From Alphaproteobacteria bacterium (GTDB taxonomy: Bacteria > Pseudomonadota > Alphaproteobacteria > Rhodobacterales > Rhodobacteraceae): a stretch of 62,169 nt of DNA. The notes under the pieces were generated by a model. The model was not told the origin of the DNA and made no database searches. It was given only the letters and a program-made list of their open reading frames with translations. Shown in pieces: positions 45,716 to 54,646 of this stretch; the stretch's first letter is position 1, and each line of letters starts with the position of its first letter. The position numbers and the translations under genes are program-made. The DNA is taken from assembly GCA_030431935.1 (NCBI GenBank), contig JAUIIC010000001.1, forward strand, positions 1 through 62,169, written 5' to 3'.

Positions 45716-47132
45716 CGCATACCTGGTGGGCGGCGCCTGGTCGCGCGCGGCCCGGACGCTGCCGCTGGAGGATCCCTCGACCGGGCAGGCCATCGGCGCC
45801 ATCGCGCGGGGCGGGCCAGAGGAGGTGGACGCCGCCGTGACCGCCGCGCGCGCGGCACTTGACGGCGCCTGGGGCCGCGCCACGGCGACCGAACGCGGGC
45901 GGCTTCTGTCGCGTCTGGGCCGCCTTGTGGAAGAGCGTGTCGAGGATCTCGCGGCGCTCGAGGCCGCCGACGTGGGCAAGCCGCTGACCCAGGCGCGCGC
46001 CGACGCTCGGGCGCTGGCCCGCTACATGGAGTTCTACGGCGGTGCCGCCGACAAGCTGATGGGCGAGACGATCCCCTATCTCGACGGCTACACCGTCTAC
46101 ACCCTGCGCGAGCCGCATGGCGTCACCGGTCATATCGTGCCCTGGAACTATCCCATGCAGATCATCGGCCGGTCGGTGGGCGCCGCACTGGCCGCGGGCA
46201 ACGCCTGCGTGCTGAAGCCCGCCGAAGAGGCCTGCCTGACCGCGCTGGCCTTCGCGCGCCTGGCCGAGGAGGCCGGGTTTCCGCCCGGCGCGCTCAACGT
46301 CGTGCCGGGGCTGGGCGAGGAGGCGGGCGCGGCGCTGGCCGGGCATCCGGGGATCGACCACATCTCGTTCACCGGGTCCTTCGAGGTCGGCGGGCTGGTG
46401 CAGGCCGCGGCGGCGCGCAACGTCGTCCCTGTGACGCTGGAGCTTGGCGGCAAGTCCCCGCAGCTTGTCTTCGGGGATGCGGACCTCGACCGGGCGCTGC
46501 CCTTCCTGGTGAATGCCGGCATCCAGAACGCGGGCCAGACCTGTTCGGCCTCGTCCCGCATCCTGGTGGAACGGTCGCGGCATGACGAACTGGTCGAGAG
46601 GATGGCCGCGCGCTATGCCACGCTTCGGGTCGGCCCGGCGCAGGCCGACCTGGACGTGGGCCCGCTGATCTCGGCGCGCCAGCGCGAGATCGTGCTGGGC
46701 TATATCGGGCAGGGCGTGGACCTGGAGACCGCAGGGCGGGGCGAGATCGTCGGCAATGCCCCCGGGGGCGGGCATTACGTGGCGCCGCACCTGCTGACGG
46801 GCGCGACCGCCGGGCACCGGCTGGCCCAGGACGAGATCTTCGGGCCGGTGCAGGTCGTCATCCCCTTCGACGACGAGGACGAGGCCGCCGCGATCGCCAA
46901 TGGCACGGGCTACGGGCTGGTGGCCTCTGTCTGGTCCGCCGATGGCGGCCGCCAGATGCGCCTTGCCCGGCGCCTGCGCGCGGGCCAGGTGTTCCTGAAC
47001 AACTACGGCGCGGGCGGCGGGGTGGAGCTTCCGTTCGGCGGCGTCGGAAAGTCGGGCCACGGGCGCGAGAAGGGGTTCGAGGCGCTCTATGGCTTCACCA
47101 CGTTGAAGACCGTTGCGGCCTGGCACGGATAG
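45684..47132 (+). CDS. NAD(P)-dependent aldehyde dehydrogenase family protein
   Basis: 482 aa. The ATG is preceded by GGGAGGAGG and overlaps the ATPase 3' end by 32 nt. The motifs are VPWNYP, FTGS, ELGGKSP and GQTCSASSR (catalytic Cys). Confidence 0.88.
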   Translation: MSLQNLWFDPDAYLVGGAWSRAARTLPLEDPSTGQAIGAIARGGPEEVDAAVTAARAALDGAWGRATATERGRLLSRLGRLVEERVEDLAALEAADVGKPLTQARADARALARYMEFYGGAADKLMGETIPYLDGYTVYTLREPHGVTGHIVPWNYPMQIIGRSVGAALAAGNACVLKPAEEACLTALAFARLAEEAGFPPGALNVVPGLGEEAGAALAGHPGIDHISFTGSFEVGGLVQAAAARNVVPVTLELGGKSPQLVFGDADLDRALPFLVNAGIQNAGQTCSASSRILVERSRHDELVERMAARYATLRVGPAQADLDVGPLISARQREIVLGYIGQGVDLETAGRGEIVGNAPGGGHYVAPHLLTGATAGHRLAQDEIFGPVQVVIPFDDEDEAAAIANGTGYGLVASVWSADGGRQMRLARRLRAGQVFLNNYGAGGGVELPFGGVGKSGHGREKGFEALYGFTTLKTVAAWHG

Positions 47133-47152
47133 GCCGAGCGGCGTTCACGTCG

Positions 47153-47180
47153 GAAGAACGCGGCTGCGCCGCGTGCCTTC
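47153..47180. terminator. GC-rich hairpin (GAAG-A-ACGCGGC-TGC-GCCGCGT-GC-CTTC) between convergent genes; possible bidirectional terminator
   Basis: Read directly in the 81-nt convergent spacer. A T-run (tattttt) follows a few nt downstream on the plus strand. Confidence 0.45.
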
Positions 47181-47213
47181 GGCGAGAGTATTTTTGAACA
47201 GAAGAAGCCGGGG

Positions 47214-48128
47214 TCAGCCCAGGGCGGCCAGCCGCGCCTCTTGCCGGGCGATGAGGGCCTCGACCTCGGCGATGGTTGCGGCGTCGGGGGCGGGGCCGGG
47301 TTTGCGCAGGGTGGGATGCGCGATCGCGCCGCGCCGCGCCAGCGTGTGCTTGCGGATGGCAAGCCCGATCCCCGGCTGGCTTTCGTAGCGCACGAGCGGC
47401 AGGTAGGCGTCGAAGATGTCGCGGGCACGGTCCTGGTCGCCCGCGTTCCAGTGGTCGATCACCTGCCGCATCATCTCGGGATAGGCAAAGCCCGTCATCG
47501 CCCCGTCCGCGCCGCGGTTCATCTCTTCGGGCAGGAACTGCCCGCCGTTGCCGGTCAGGATCGAGATGCGCCGCGCGCCCGCCCCGGAGGCCGCGCGCAG
47601 CGCGCTGATCTTGGCCAGCCCCGGCCAGTCCTCGTGCTTGAGCATGACGCAGGTCGGGCAGTCCGCCACGATCCGCAGGATCACTCCGGTCGCGATCTGC
47701 ACCCCGGTGGAGAGCGGGAAGTCCTGGAGCACGAAGGGGATCTCGCCCAGCGTCTCGGCGACCCCGTGATAGTAGCCGGTGATCTGGTCGTCGGTCCTGA
47801 GGCCGCCCGAGGGGGCCACCATGACCCCCGCTGCCCCGGCCGCCATCGCCTCCTGCGCAAGCGCCTTCATCGGTGCAAAGCCCGGCGCGCTCACCCCCAC
47901 GACCACCGGAAGCATCGTGCGCGAGGTGACGCGCCGCACCACGGCGATGGATTCGTCCGCCGCCAGCTTGCCTGCCTCGCCCATCATGCCGAGCACCGTC
48001 AGGCCGGTCGCGCCCTTCTCGGCGTAGAAATCCGTCATCCGGTCCACGCTGTCGAGGTCGAGCGCGCCGTCCGGCAGGAACGGGGTGACGGCGATGGTGA
48101 AGACGCCGCGCGCGGTTTCGGTCAGCAT
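47214..48128 (-). CDS. Dihydrodipicolinate synthase (DapA/NAL) family lyase
   Basis: 304 aa. GLTVLGMMGE and the Schiff-base Lys region (CVMLKHEDW) are typical of the family. By context it is probably not DapA itself. Confidence 0.8.
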   Translation of the reverse strand: MLTETARGVFTIAVTPFLPDGALDLDSVDRMTDFYAEKGATGLTVLGMMGEAGKLAADESIAVVRRVTSRTMLPVVVGVSAPGFAPMKALAQEAMAAGAAGVMVAPSGGLRTDDQITGYYHGVAETLGEIPFVLQDFPLSTGVQIATGVILRIVADCPTCVMLKHEDWPGLAKISALRAASGAGARRISILTGNGGQFLPEEMNRGADGAMTGFAYPEMMRQVIDHWNAGDQDRARDIFDAYLPLVRYESQPGIGLAIRKHTLARRGAIAHPTLRKPGPAPDAATIAEVEALIARQEARLAALG

Positions 48129-48131
48129 GGG

Positions 48132-48812
48132 TCAGCCTCCTGTGATGCGGTGGGATTGGCCAAGGGCGATGCGCCCGACCGCCATGGCCCCGGCGGCCTG
48201 GCAGGGGTCGATCACCGGCAGGCCCGCGTGATCTTCGAGCCAGGCGCGGTGATCGGCCATGCCTGCACAGCCGAGGATCAGCACCTCTGCGCCGTCCTCG
48301 TCGCGCAGGCGCGCGGCGGTGCGGGCCAGCCCCGCGCGGGTGGCCCCGGCATCGGCGAGGTCCGCCACGCCGAGCCCGAGCGCCCGGTCGCCCGCCAGCC
48401 GGTCCAGAACGCCCATTGCCCCGAAGGCGCGCAGGTGCCGGGGGATCGACGCGGGCAGGATCGCGATGACCCCGAAGCGCTGGCCCAGCGTCAGCGCAGT
48501 GCTGACGGCGGCCTCCTGGATGCCCAGGACGGGCAGGGCCGTCTGGTGGCGCAGCGCGTGCACGCCGGGATCGCCGAAGCAGGCGACAACAAAGCCGAGC
48601 GCGTCGGGTTCCAGCCGGGCGGCCAGCGCCAGCATCGGCGCGATGACAAGGTCGGCGTCGTGCTGGTTCTCGATGCCCGGCGGGCCCTCGGCCAGGGTGA
48701 CGCAGCGGATCGGCATCCCGAGGGGGCGCAAGGGCTGCATCGCCCGGTCGATACCCTCGGTGACCGTCTCGGAGGAGTTGGGGTTGATGACGATCAGCGC
48801 GCGGCGGGTCAT
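48132..48812 (-). CDS. Asp/Glu/hydantoin racemase family protein
   Basis: ATG at 48812, within ORF 48132..49304. LIVINPNSS...VVACFGDPG...LILGCAGM contains the two catalytic-Cys regions of hydantoin racemase-type enzymes. Confidence 0.8.
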   Translation of the reverse strand: MTRRALIVINPNSSETVTEGIDRAMQPLRPLGMPIRCVTLAEGPPGIENQHDADLVIAPMLALAARLEPDALGFVVACFGDPGVHALRHQTALPVLGIQEAAVSTALTLGQRFGVIAILPASIPRHLRAFGAMGVLDRLAGDRALGLGVADLADAGATRAGLARTAARLRDEDGAEVLILGCAGMADHRAWLEDHAGLPVIDPCQAAGAMAVGRIALGQSHRITGG

Positions 48813-49195
48813 GCGCCCTCTCTGGTGGGGGTCTGGATCTCGATCTGGTAGCCCTCGGGATCGCGGAAGACGAAGGCGCGGATGCCGAGGGCCTCGTTCT
48901 CGAACATCTCGGACACGTCGGGAACGCCCTGCGCGAAGATCCACGCGCGCCAGGTGACCACGTCCGGAACCCGCAGGCAGACCTGCACGGGCTTCGTCTC
49001 GGCCCAGCGGTTCATGCCGCGGGTTTCGTCGACAAGCCCGACATGGGCGCCCGCCGCGATGCGGTAGATCTTCGACCAGCCCTGGTCGATGGCGAGGCGC
49101 AGGCCCAGCACGTCCTCGTAGAACCGGCAGGCCGTGGGCAGGTCGCGCACGTAAAGGAAGGTGATCCCCAACTCCGGCGGGGCGGGCGGCGTCAC
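48809..49195 (-). CDS. Glyoxalase/VOC-family protein
   Basis: 128 aa. The GTG start is in a GTGA overlap with the hydantoinase stop. ITFLYVRDLPTACRFYEDVLGL...DPEGYQIEI is a VOC module. Confidence 0.7.
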   Translation of the reverse strand: MTPPAPPELGITFLYVRDLPTACRFYEDVLGLRLAIDQGWSKIYRIAAGAHVGLVDETRGMNRWAETKPVQVCLRVPDVVTWRAWIFAQGVPDVSEMFENEALGIRAFVFRDPEGYQIEIQTPTREGA

Positions 49196-50631
49196 GGCGT
49201 GGCCTCCAGCAGGGCGATCTCTGCCGATGGCGGTGCGGTGGCGATCCCGATGGCGTCACGGGGCAGCCAGCGCCCTTCGCCCGGGCCGCTCCGAAGGGTG
49301 CCATCCTCGACCACGACCTTGCCCCGGCGCAGCACGGTCACCGGCCAGCCGCGCAACCTGCGCCCGGCCCAGGGGTTGTAGCCCACGTTGTCGTGCAGGT
49401 CGTCGTCGGCCCAGGTGGTCTGGCGGTCGGGGTCCCAGAGCACCAGGTCGGCGTCCATCCCGGCCGCGATCCGCCCTTTCGTCGGCAGGCCGTAGATGCG
49501 GGCCGGCACGTCCGCGGTCAGCCGCGCCAGGTCGAGCAGCCCCGCGTCGCCCGTTGGGGCCAGCGCGTCGAACATCAGCGGCATGCGGGTCTCGAGCCCC
49601 GGCAAGCCGTTGGCGATGGCCGGAAAAGGCGCGGCCGGCCCGTCCGACAGCTTGCCCGAGGCGTCGAAGCGATAGGGCGCGTGATCCGAGGACACGAGGT
49701 CCAGCGTGCCGTCCCCGAGCGCCGCCCAGAGCGCGGCCTGGTCCGCCTCGGTCCGCTGCGGGGGCGAGCACATCCACTTGGCCCCCTCGATCCCGGGCCG
49801 GTCCAGCACGTCGGAGGTCATGAACAGGTAATGCGGGCAGGTCTCGGCCCGGATCGGCACGCCGCGCGCCCGCGCCGCGCGGATCGCCTCGGCGGCCTCG
49901 GAGGTCGAGATGTGGAACAGCATCACCGGGGTGCCCAGGAACTCGGCGAAGCGGATCATCCGCTCCACCGCCTCGATCTCGGCGAGGCGCGGATGCGACA
50001 CGGCATGGTGGACGGGCCGCGTCAGCCCGCGCGACAGCAGCGCATCCCGCGTCCAGCCGATCAGCGCGTCGTTCTCGGCATGGACGCAGACCAGCGCCCC
50101 GGCGGCCCGCGCCACCGCCATCACGTCGAGGATCTGCCGGTCAGCGAGGGCGATGTTGTAGGTGGTGAAGAGCTTGATCGAGCGGTGCCCCGCCGCGATC
50201 AGCCCGTTCAGGTCATCGGCGAAGCCCGGAACGGACGGGTCCGAGACGGTCAGGTGAAAGGCATGGTCCGTCATCGCGCCCGCGCGGGCGCGGGCCGCGT
50301 AATCCGCCACGCGATCGGACAGGCGTTCACCCTTTTCCTGCGCGGCGAAGCTGATGGTCGTGGTGGTGCCGCCGATCAGCGCGGACCGGGTGGCGGTCTC
50401 GAAGGTGTCGGCGTTCATCCGCCCCATGCCCGAGCGCTGCTCGATATGGCAATGCACGTCGACGCCCCCGGGCAGCACGATGCGCCCCGCCGCGTCCAAC
50501 TCGCGCGCCGCGTCTCCGGCCAGCGTGCCGACCTCGGCGATCCGTCCTGCGCGCACGCCGATATCTGCCGCCAGCACCCCTTGGGGTGTCACGACCCTGC
50601 CGCCACGGACGATCAAATCGAAGCCTGTCAT
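49192..50631 (-). CDS. Dihydropyrimidinase / D-hydantoinase (cyclic amidohydrolase)
   Basis: 479 aa. The motifs are GGVDVHCHIEQ (HxH metal site), SIKLF (carboxylated Lys region), HAEN and SDHAP. Confidence 0.88.
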   Translation of the reverse strand: MTGFDLIVRGGRVVTPQGVLAADIGVRAGRIAEVGTLAGDAARELDAAGRIVLPGGVDVHCHIEQRSGMGRMNADTFETATRSALIGGTTTTISFAAQEKGERLSDRVADYAARARAGAMTDHAFHLTVSDPSVPGFADDLNGLIAAGHRSIKLFTTYNIALADRQILDVMAVARAAGALVCVHAENDALIGWTRDALLSRGLTRPVHHAVSHPRLAEIEAVERMIRFAEFLGTPVMLFHISTSEAAEAIRAARARGVPIRAETCPHYLFMTSDVLDRPGIEGAKWMCSPPQRTEADQAALWAALGDGTLDLVSSDHAPYRFDASGKLSDGPAAPFPAIANGLPGLETRMPLMFDALAPTGDAGLLDLARLTADVPARIYGLPTKGRIAAGMDADLVLWDPDRQTTWADDDLHDNVGYNPWAGRRLRGWPVTVLRRGKVVVEDGTLRSGPGEGRWLPRDAIGIATAPPSAEIALLEATP

Positions 50632-50719
50632 CGCCGCAGATCATGACCGCATCGCGGCGAAAGGCAACGCCCCGCGCGCCTTTCCTTTCGGCAAGATCCG
50701 GCCCGAGCCGGAGGCCGGG

Positions 50720-50947
50720 CTAGATGCGCGCGCTTTCGGGTCGGCGAATTTCGGGGCCCGCCCGCATCACAAGGGGGTCGAGCCCCGCGCCGCCCGCCTC
50801 GATCAGCGCCAGAAGCTGCGCCCGCATGCGCGGTTCCCAGAAGTCGTTGATATGGCCCGCCACGCCTCTGGCTGCCTCGTCCGCGGGCTTCAGGCGAAAG
50901 AAGGTGGCGATCTGGTTTGCCATATGGGCCAGCTTTTCAGGCGACAT
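50720..50947 (-). CDS. fdsD: Formate dehydrogenase delta subunit FdsD
   Basis: ATG at 50947, within ORF 50720..51004. MSPEKLAHMANQIATFF is the family hallmark. It is 75 aa and the last gene of the fds operon. Confidence 0.8.
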   Translation of the reverse strand: MSPEKLAHMANQIATFFRLKPADEAARGVAGHINDFWEPRMRAQLLALIEAGGAGLDPLVMRAGPEIRRPESARI

Positions 50948-51767
50948 CGCTGTTCTCCTTGGGGGCGAGCCGGTCGGCATGGGCATAGCTTTCGAACCCG
51001 TCATCGCGGGCCGAGGCGATCAGGGTCAGGCCGGCGGTCTCGGCCAGACGGACGGCATGGGCGGTCGGCGCCGACACCGCGATGAGCACGGGCGCGCCCA
51101 GCCGCGCGGTCTTTTGCACCATCTCGACGGACACCCGGCTGGTCAGGACGACCGCGCCGGTTCCCGGATCGATGCCCTCGCGCAGAAGGGCGCCCGCCAG
51201 CTTGTCGAGCGCGTTGTGCCGGCCCACGTCCTCGCGCACCGCCAGCATGCCTCGCCCCGGGACGAAGAAACCGGCCGCATGGACCGACCGCGTGCTGTCG
51301 TGCAGGTCCTGCCGGGCGCGCAGGGCCGACAGGGCCGCCGCGACCCCAGAGGCCGGGAAGACAAGGCCCGACGCCGGGATGCGTGCCACGGGGCGCACGG
51401 CCTCCTCGATGCTGTCGATGCCGCACAGGCCGCAGCCGACGGGCCCGGCCATCGCGCGGCGGCGCGCGGCCAGCCGCTCGGCCCTGGGCGCGGACAGCCA
51501 GAGCCGCGCCTCGATGCCCTGGTCATGCCCCGCGATCTCGATGCTCTCGATCCCGGACAGGTCGTCGACGATAAGCTCGGTCAGCGCGAAGCCCGCCGCG
51601 AAATCCTCCAGCGCGTCGGGGGTGGCCATCATCACCGCCTGGGTGGTGCCGTTGCAGACGATCGCCACTGGCACTTCCTCGGCCAGGGTGCGCGGCGCGC
51701 AGACGCGCCGCCCGCCCCGGTGGACGGTGCGCGGCACCGCGCGCGTGGTGTCGTGGCCTCCAATCAT
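50937..51767 (-). CDS. fdsC: Formate dehydrogenase accessory sulfurtransferase FdhD (FdsC)
   Basis: ORF 50937..51827, trimmed to the ATG at 51767, in an ATGA overlap with the fdsA stop. GCGLCG, EDVGRHNALDKL and SRVSVEMVQK are FdhD motifs. Confidence 0.88.
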   Translation of the reverse strand: MIGGHDTTRAVPRTVHRGGRRVCAPRTLAEEVPVAIVCNGTTQAVMMATPDALEDFAAGFALTELIVDDLSGIESIEIAGHDQGIEARLWLSAPRAERLAARRRAMAGPVGCGLCGIDSIEEAVRPVARIPASGLVFPASGVAAALSALRARQDLHDSTRSVHAAGFFVPGRGMLAVREDVGRHNALDKLAGALLREGIDPGTGAVVLTSRVSVEMVQKTARLGAPVLIAVSAPTAHAVRLAETAGLTLIASARDDGFESYAHADRLAPKENSDVA

Positions 51768-54646
51768 TCCGCCGCCGGCAGGATGCGCCGGGCCAGTTCG
51801 GCTTCGCGCGCGTAGTCCTCCTGCCATTCGGTGGGCCCGTTCGAGGGCGCCACCTGCACCGCCGTCACCTTGTATTCCGGGCAGTTCGTCGCCCAGTCGG
51901 AATAGTCGGTGGTGACCACGTTGGCCTGGGTGTCGGGGTGGTGGAAGGTGGTATAGACCACGCCCGGCGCGACGCGGTCGGTCAGCGTGGCGCGCAGCGA
52001 CGTCTCGCCTCGGCGGCTGGCCAGCTTGACCCAGGCGCCCTCTGTGATGCCGCGCTGCTCGGCGTCATGGGGGTGGATCTCCAGCCGGTCCTCGTCATGC
52101 CAGATGGTGTTGGCGGTGCGCCGGGTCTGGGCGCCCACGTTGTATTGCGACAGGATGCGCCCTGTGGTCAGCAGGAGCGGAAAGCGCGGGCCGGTGCGCT
52201 CGTCCGTGGGCACGTATTCGGTCAGCACGAAATTGCCCTTGCCGCGCACGAAGCCGTCCATGTGCATGATCGGCGTGCCCTCGGGGGCCGCCGCGTTGCA
52301 GGGCCACTGGACCGAGCCCTTTTCCTCCAGCATCTCGTAGGAGACGCCGGCGAAGCTGGGAGTGGTGGCGGCGATCTCGTCCATGATCTGCGCGGGGTGC
52401 GTATAGTGCCAGTCGGCCCCCATCGCCTGCGCCAGCTTCAACGTCACCTCCCAGTCGGCCAGCCCGTTCCTGGGTGCCATCACCTGGCGGACGCGGTTGA
52501 TGCGCCGCTCGGCGTTGGTGAAGGTGCCGTCCTTTTCCAGGAAGGTCGAGCCGGGCAGGAAGACATGGGCGTAATTCGCCGTCTCGTTCAGGAAGAGGTC
52601 ATGGACGATCACGCAGTCCATCGCCTTGAGCCCCGCCGCCACGTGATGCGTGTCGGGGTCCGATTGCAGGATGTCCTCGCCCTGGATGTAGATGCCCTTG
52701 AACGTGCCCTCCACGGCGGCGTCCAGCATGTTCGGGATGCGCAGGCCCGGCTCGTCCTGGATCTCGGTGCCCCAGAGACGTTCGAACACCTCGCGCGCGG
52801 CGGGGTCCGAGACGTGGCGGTATCCCGGCAGTTCATGCGGGAAGGACCCCATGTCGCAAGAGCCCTGCACGTTGTTCTGGCCGCGCAGCGGGTTCACGCC
52901 GACCCCGCGCCGGCCGATGTTGCCGGTGGCCATGGCGAGATTGGCGATCGCCATGACGGTGGTCGAGCCCTGGCTGTGTTCCGTCACGCCGAGGCCATAA
53001 TAGATCGCCGCATTGCCGCCGGTGGCGTAAAGCCGGGCGGCGGCGCGCAGGTCCGCCGCGGGCACGCCCGTCAGCATCTGCGTGGCCTCGGGGCTGCGGC
53101 TCTCGTCCGCGACGAAGGCGGCCCAGTCCTGGAACGTGTCCATGTCGCCGCGCTCGGCCACGAAGGCCTCGTTCACCAGACCCTCGGTCACGATCACGTG
53201 GGCCATCGCGGTCAGGACCGCGACGTTGGTGCCGGGCGTCAGCGGCAGGTGATGCGCGGCCTCGACGTGCGGGGTGCGCACCAGGTCTATGCGGCGCGGG
53301 TCCACCACGATCAGCCGCGCGCCCTGACGCAACCGCTTCTTCAGGCGCGAGGCGAAGACGGGGTGGCCGTCGGTGGGGTTGGCGCCGATCACCATGACCA
53401 CGTCCGCGTCCTCGACCGAGTCGAAATCCTGCGTGCCCGCAGAGGTGCCGAAGGTCGTCTTCAGCCCGTAGCCGGTGGGCGAATGGCAGACGCGCGCGCA
53501 GGTGTCTGTGTTGTTGTTGCCGAAGACGGCGCGGATCAGCTTCTGGACCAGGAAGGTCTCTTCGTTCGAGCAGCGCGACGAGGTGATGCCGCCGATGGCG
53601 TTCCGCCCGTGCCGGGCCTGGATGTCGCGCAGGCGCGCGGCGGTATGGGCAAAGGCCTCGCCCCAGCTGACCTCGCGCCAGGGCTCGTCGATGGTGTCGC
53701 GGATCATCGGGTTCAGGACGCGGTCGCGGTGGTTGGCATAGCCCCAGGCGAAGCGGCCCTTGACGCAGGAATGCCCGCGGTTGGCCTTGCCGTTCTTGTA
53801 GGGGACCATGCGCACCAGTTCATCGCCGCGCATCTCGGCCTTGAACGAACAGCCCACCCCGCAATAGGCGCAGGTGGTCACGACCGAGCGGTCCGGCGTG
53901 CCGATCTCGATGACCGATTTCTCCTGCAGCGTCGCGGTGGGGCAAGCCTGCACGCAGGCGCCGCAGCTGACGCAATCGGAGGACAGGAAATCGTCGCCCG
54001 CCATGCCCGGCGACACCCGGCTGTCGAAGCCGCGCCCCTCGATCGTCAGGGCGAAGGTGCCCTGCACCTCTTCGCAGGCGCGCACGCAGCGCGAGCAGAC
54101 GATGCACTTGGCCGGGTCGTAGGTGAAATAGGGGTTCGAGTCGTCCTTGGGGATGTAATTAGGGTTCGCCTCTGCACCTGACGCGGCGCGGGTCTGGAAA
54201 TGGTTCTCGCCCGCCTCGTAACGCACGTCGCGCAGGCCGACGACGCCCGCCATGTCCTGCAGCTCGCAATCGCCGTTGGCCGCGCAGGTCAGGCAATCCA
54301 GCGGGTGGTCCGAGATGTAGAGCTCCATCACCCCCTTGCGCAGCTTCTTGACCTGCGAGGTCTGGGTGTGGACGACCATGCCCTCTGCCACGGGCGTGGT
54401 GCAGGAGGCGGGCGTGCCGCGCCGCCCCTCGATCTCCACCAGGCACAGCCGGCAGGAGCCGAAGGCGTCCACCATGTCGGTGGCGCAGAGCTTGGGGATC
54501 GCGATGCCGTTCTCCATCGCCGCGCGCATGACGCTGGTGCCCTCGGGCACGCTCACGCGCTTGCCGTCGATGGTCAGCGACACCCGCACCGCCGATTTCG
54601 ACGCGGGCGTTCCGTAGTCGGGATCGGGAATGATGAAGTCCTTCAT
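51764..54646 (-). CDS. fdsA: NAD-dependent formate dehydrogenase alpha subunit FdsA (Mo-bisPGD, Fe-S)
   Basis: ORF 51764..54859, trimmed to the ATG at 54646 (MKDFIIPDPDYG...). An N-terminal 2Fe-2S domain and several 4Fe-4S Cys clusters are followed by a molybdopterin oxidoreductase domain. The active-site region is CARVCHSPT, and there is no in-frame TGA. Length is 960 aa. Confidence 0.92.
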   Translation of the reverse strand: MKDFIIPDPDYGTPASKSAVRVSLTIDGKRVSVPEGTSVMRAAMENGIAIPKLCATDMVDAFGSCRLCLVEIEGRRGTPASCTTPVAEGMVVHTQTSQVKKLRKGVMELYISDHPLDCLTCAANGDCELQDMAGVVGLRDVRYEAGENHFQTRAASGAEANPNYIPKDDSNPYFTYDPAKCIVCSRCVRACEEVQGTFALTIEGRGFDSRVSPGMAGDDFLSSDCVSCGACVQACPTATLQEKSVIEIGTPDRSVVTTCAYCGVGCSFKAEMRGDELVRMVPYKNGKANRGHSCVKGRFAWGYANHRDRVLNPMIRDTIDEPWREVSWGEAFAHTAARLRDIQARHGRNAIGGITSSRCSNEETFLVQKLIRAVFGNNNTDTCARVCHSPTGYGLKTTFGTSAGTQDFDSVEDADVVMVIGANPTDGHPVFASRLKKRLRQGARLIVVDPRRIDLVRTPHVEAAHHLPLTPGTNVAVLTAMAHVIVTEGLVNEAFVAERGDMDTFQDWAAFVADESRSPEATQMLTGVPAADLRAAARLYATGGNAAIYYGLGVTEHSQGSTTVMAIANLAMATGNIGRRGVGVNPLRGQNNVQGSCDMGSFPHELPGYRHVSDPAAREVFERLWGTEIQDEPGLRIPNMLDAAVEGTFKGIYIQGEDILQSDPDTHHVAAGLKAMDCVIVHDLFLNETANYAHVFLPGSTFLEKDGTFTNAERRINRVRQVMAPRNGLADWEVTLKLAQAMGADWHYTHPAQIMDEIAATTPSFAGVSYEMLEEKGSVQWPCNAAAPEGTPIMHMDGFVRGKGNFVLTEYVPTDERTGPRFPLLLTTGRILSQYNVGAQTRRTANTIWHDEDRLEIHPHDAEQRGITEGAWVKLASRRGETSLRATLTDRVAPGVVYTTFHHPDTQANVVTTDYSDWATNCPEYKVTAVQVAPSNGPTEWQEDYAREAELARRILPAAE

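Noticed and set aside
44027-45979. 650-aa minus-strand ORF opposite the fused ABC ATPase
   Set aside because: It is antisense to a gene with two complete Walker A/B and signature motif sets. Its composition is typical of GC-rich antisense frames.
51764-54646. Possible selenocysteine (in-frame TGA) in the formate dehydrogenase alpha subunit
   Set aside because: The reading frame is uninterrupted. The active-site region reads CARVCHSPT with Cys, as in NAD-dependent Fds-type enzymes. No SECIS-like need arises.
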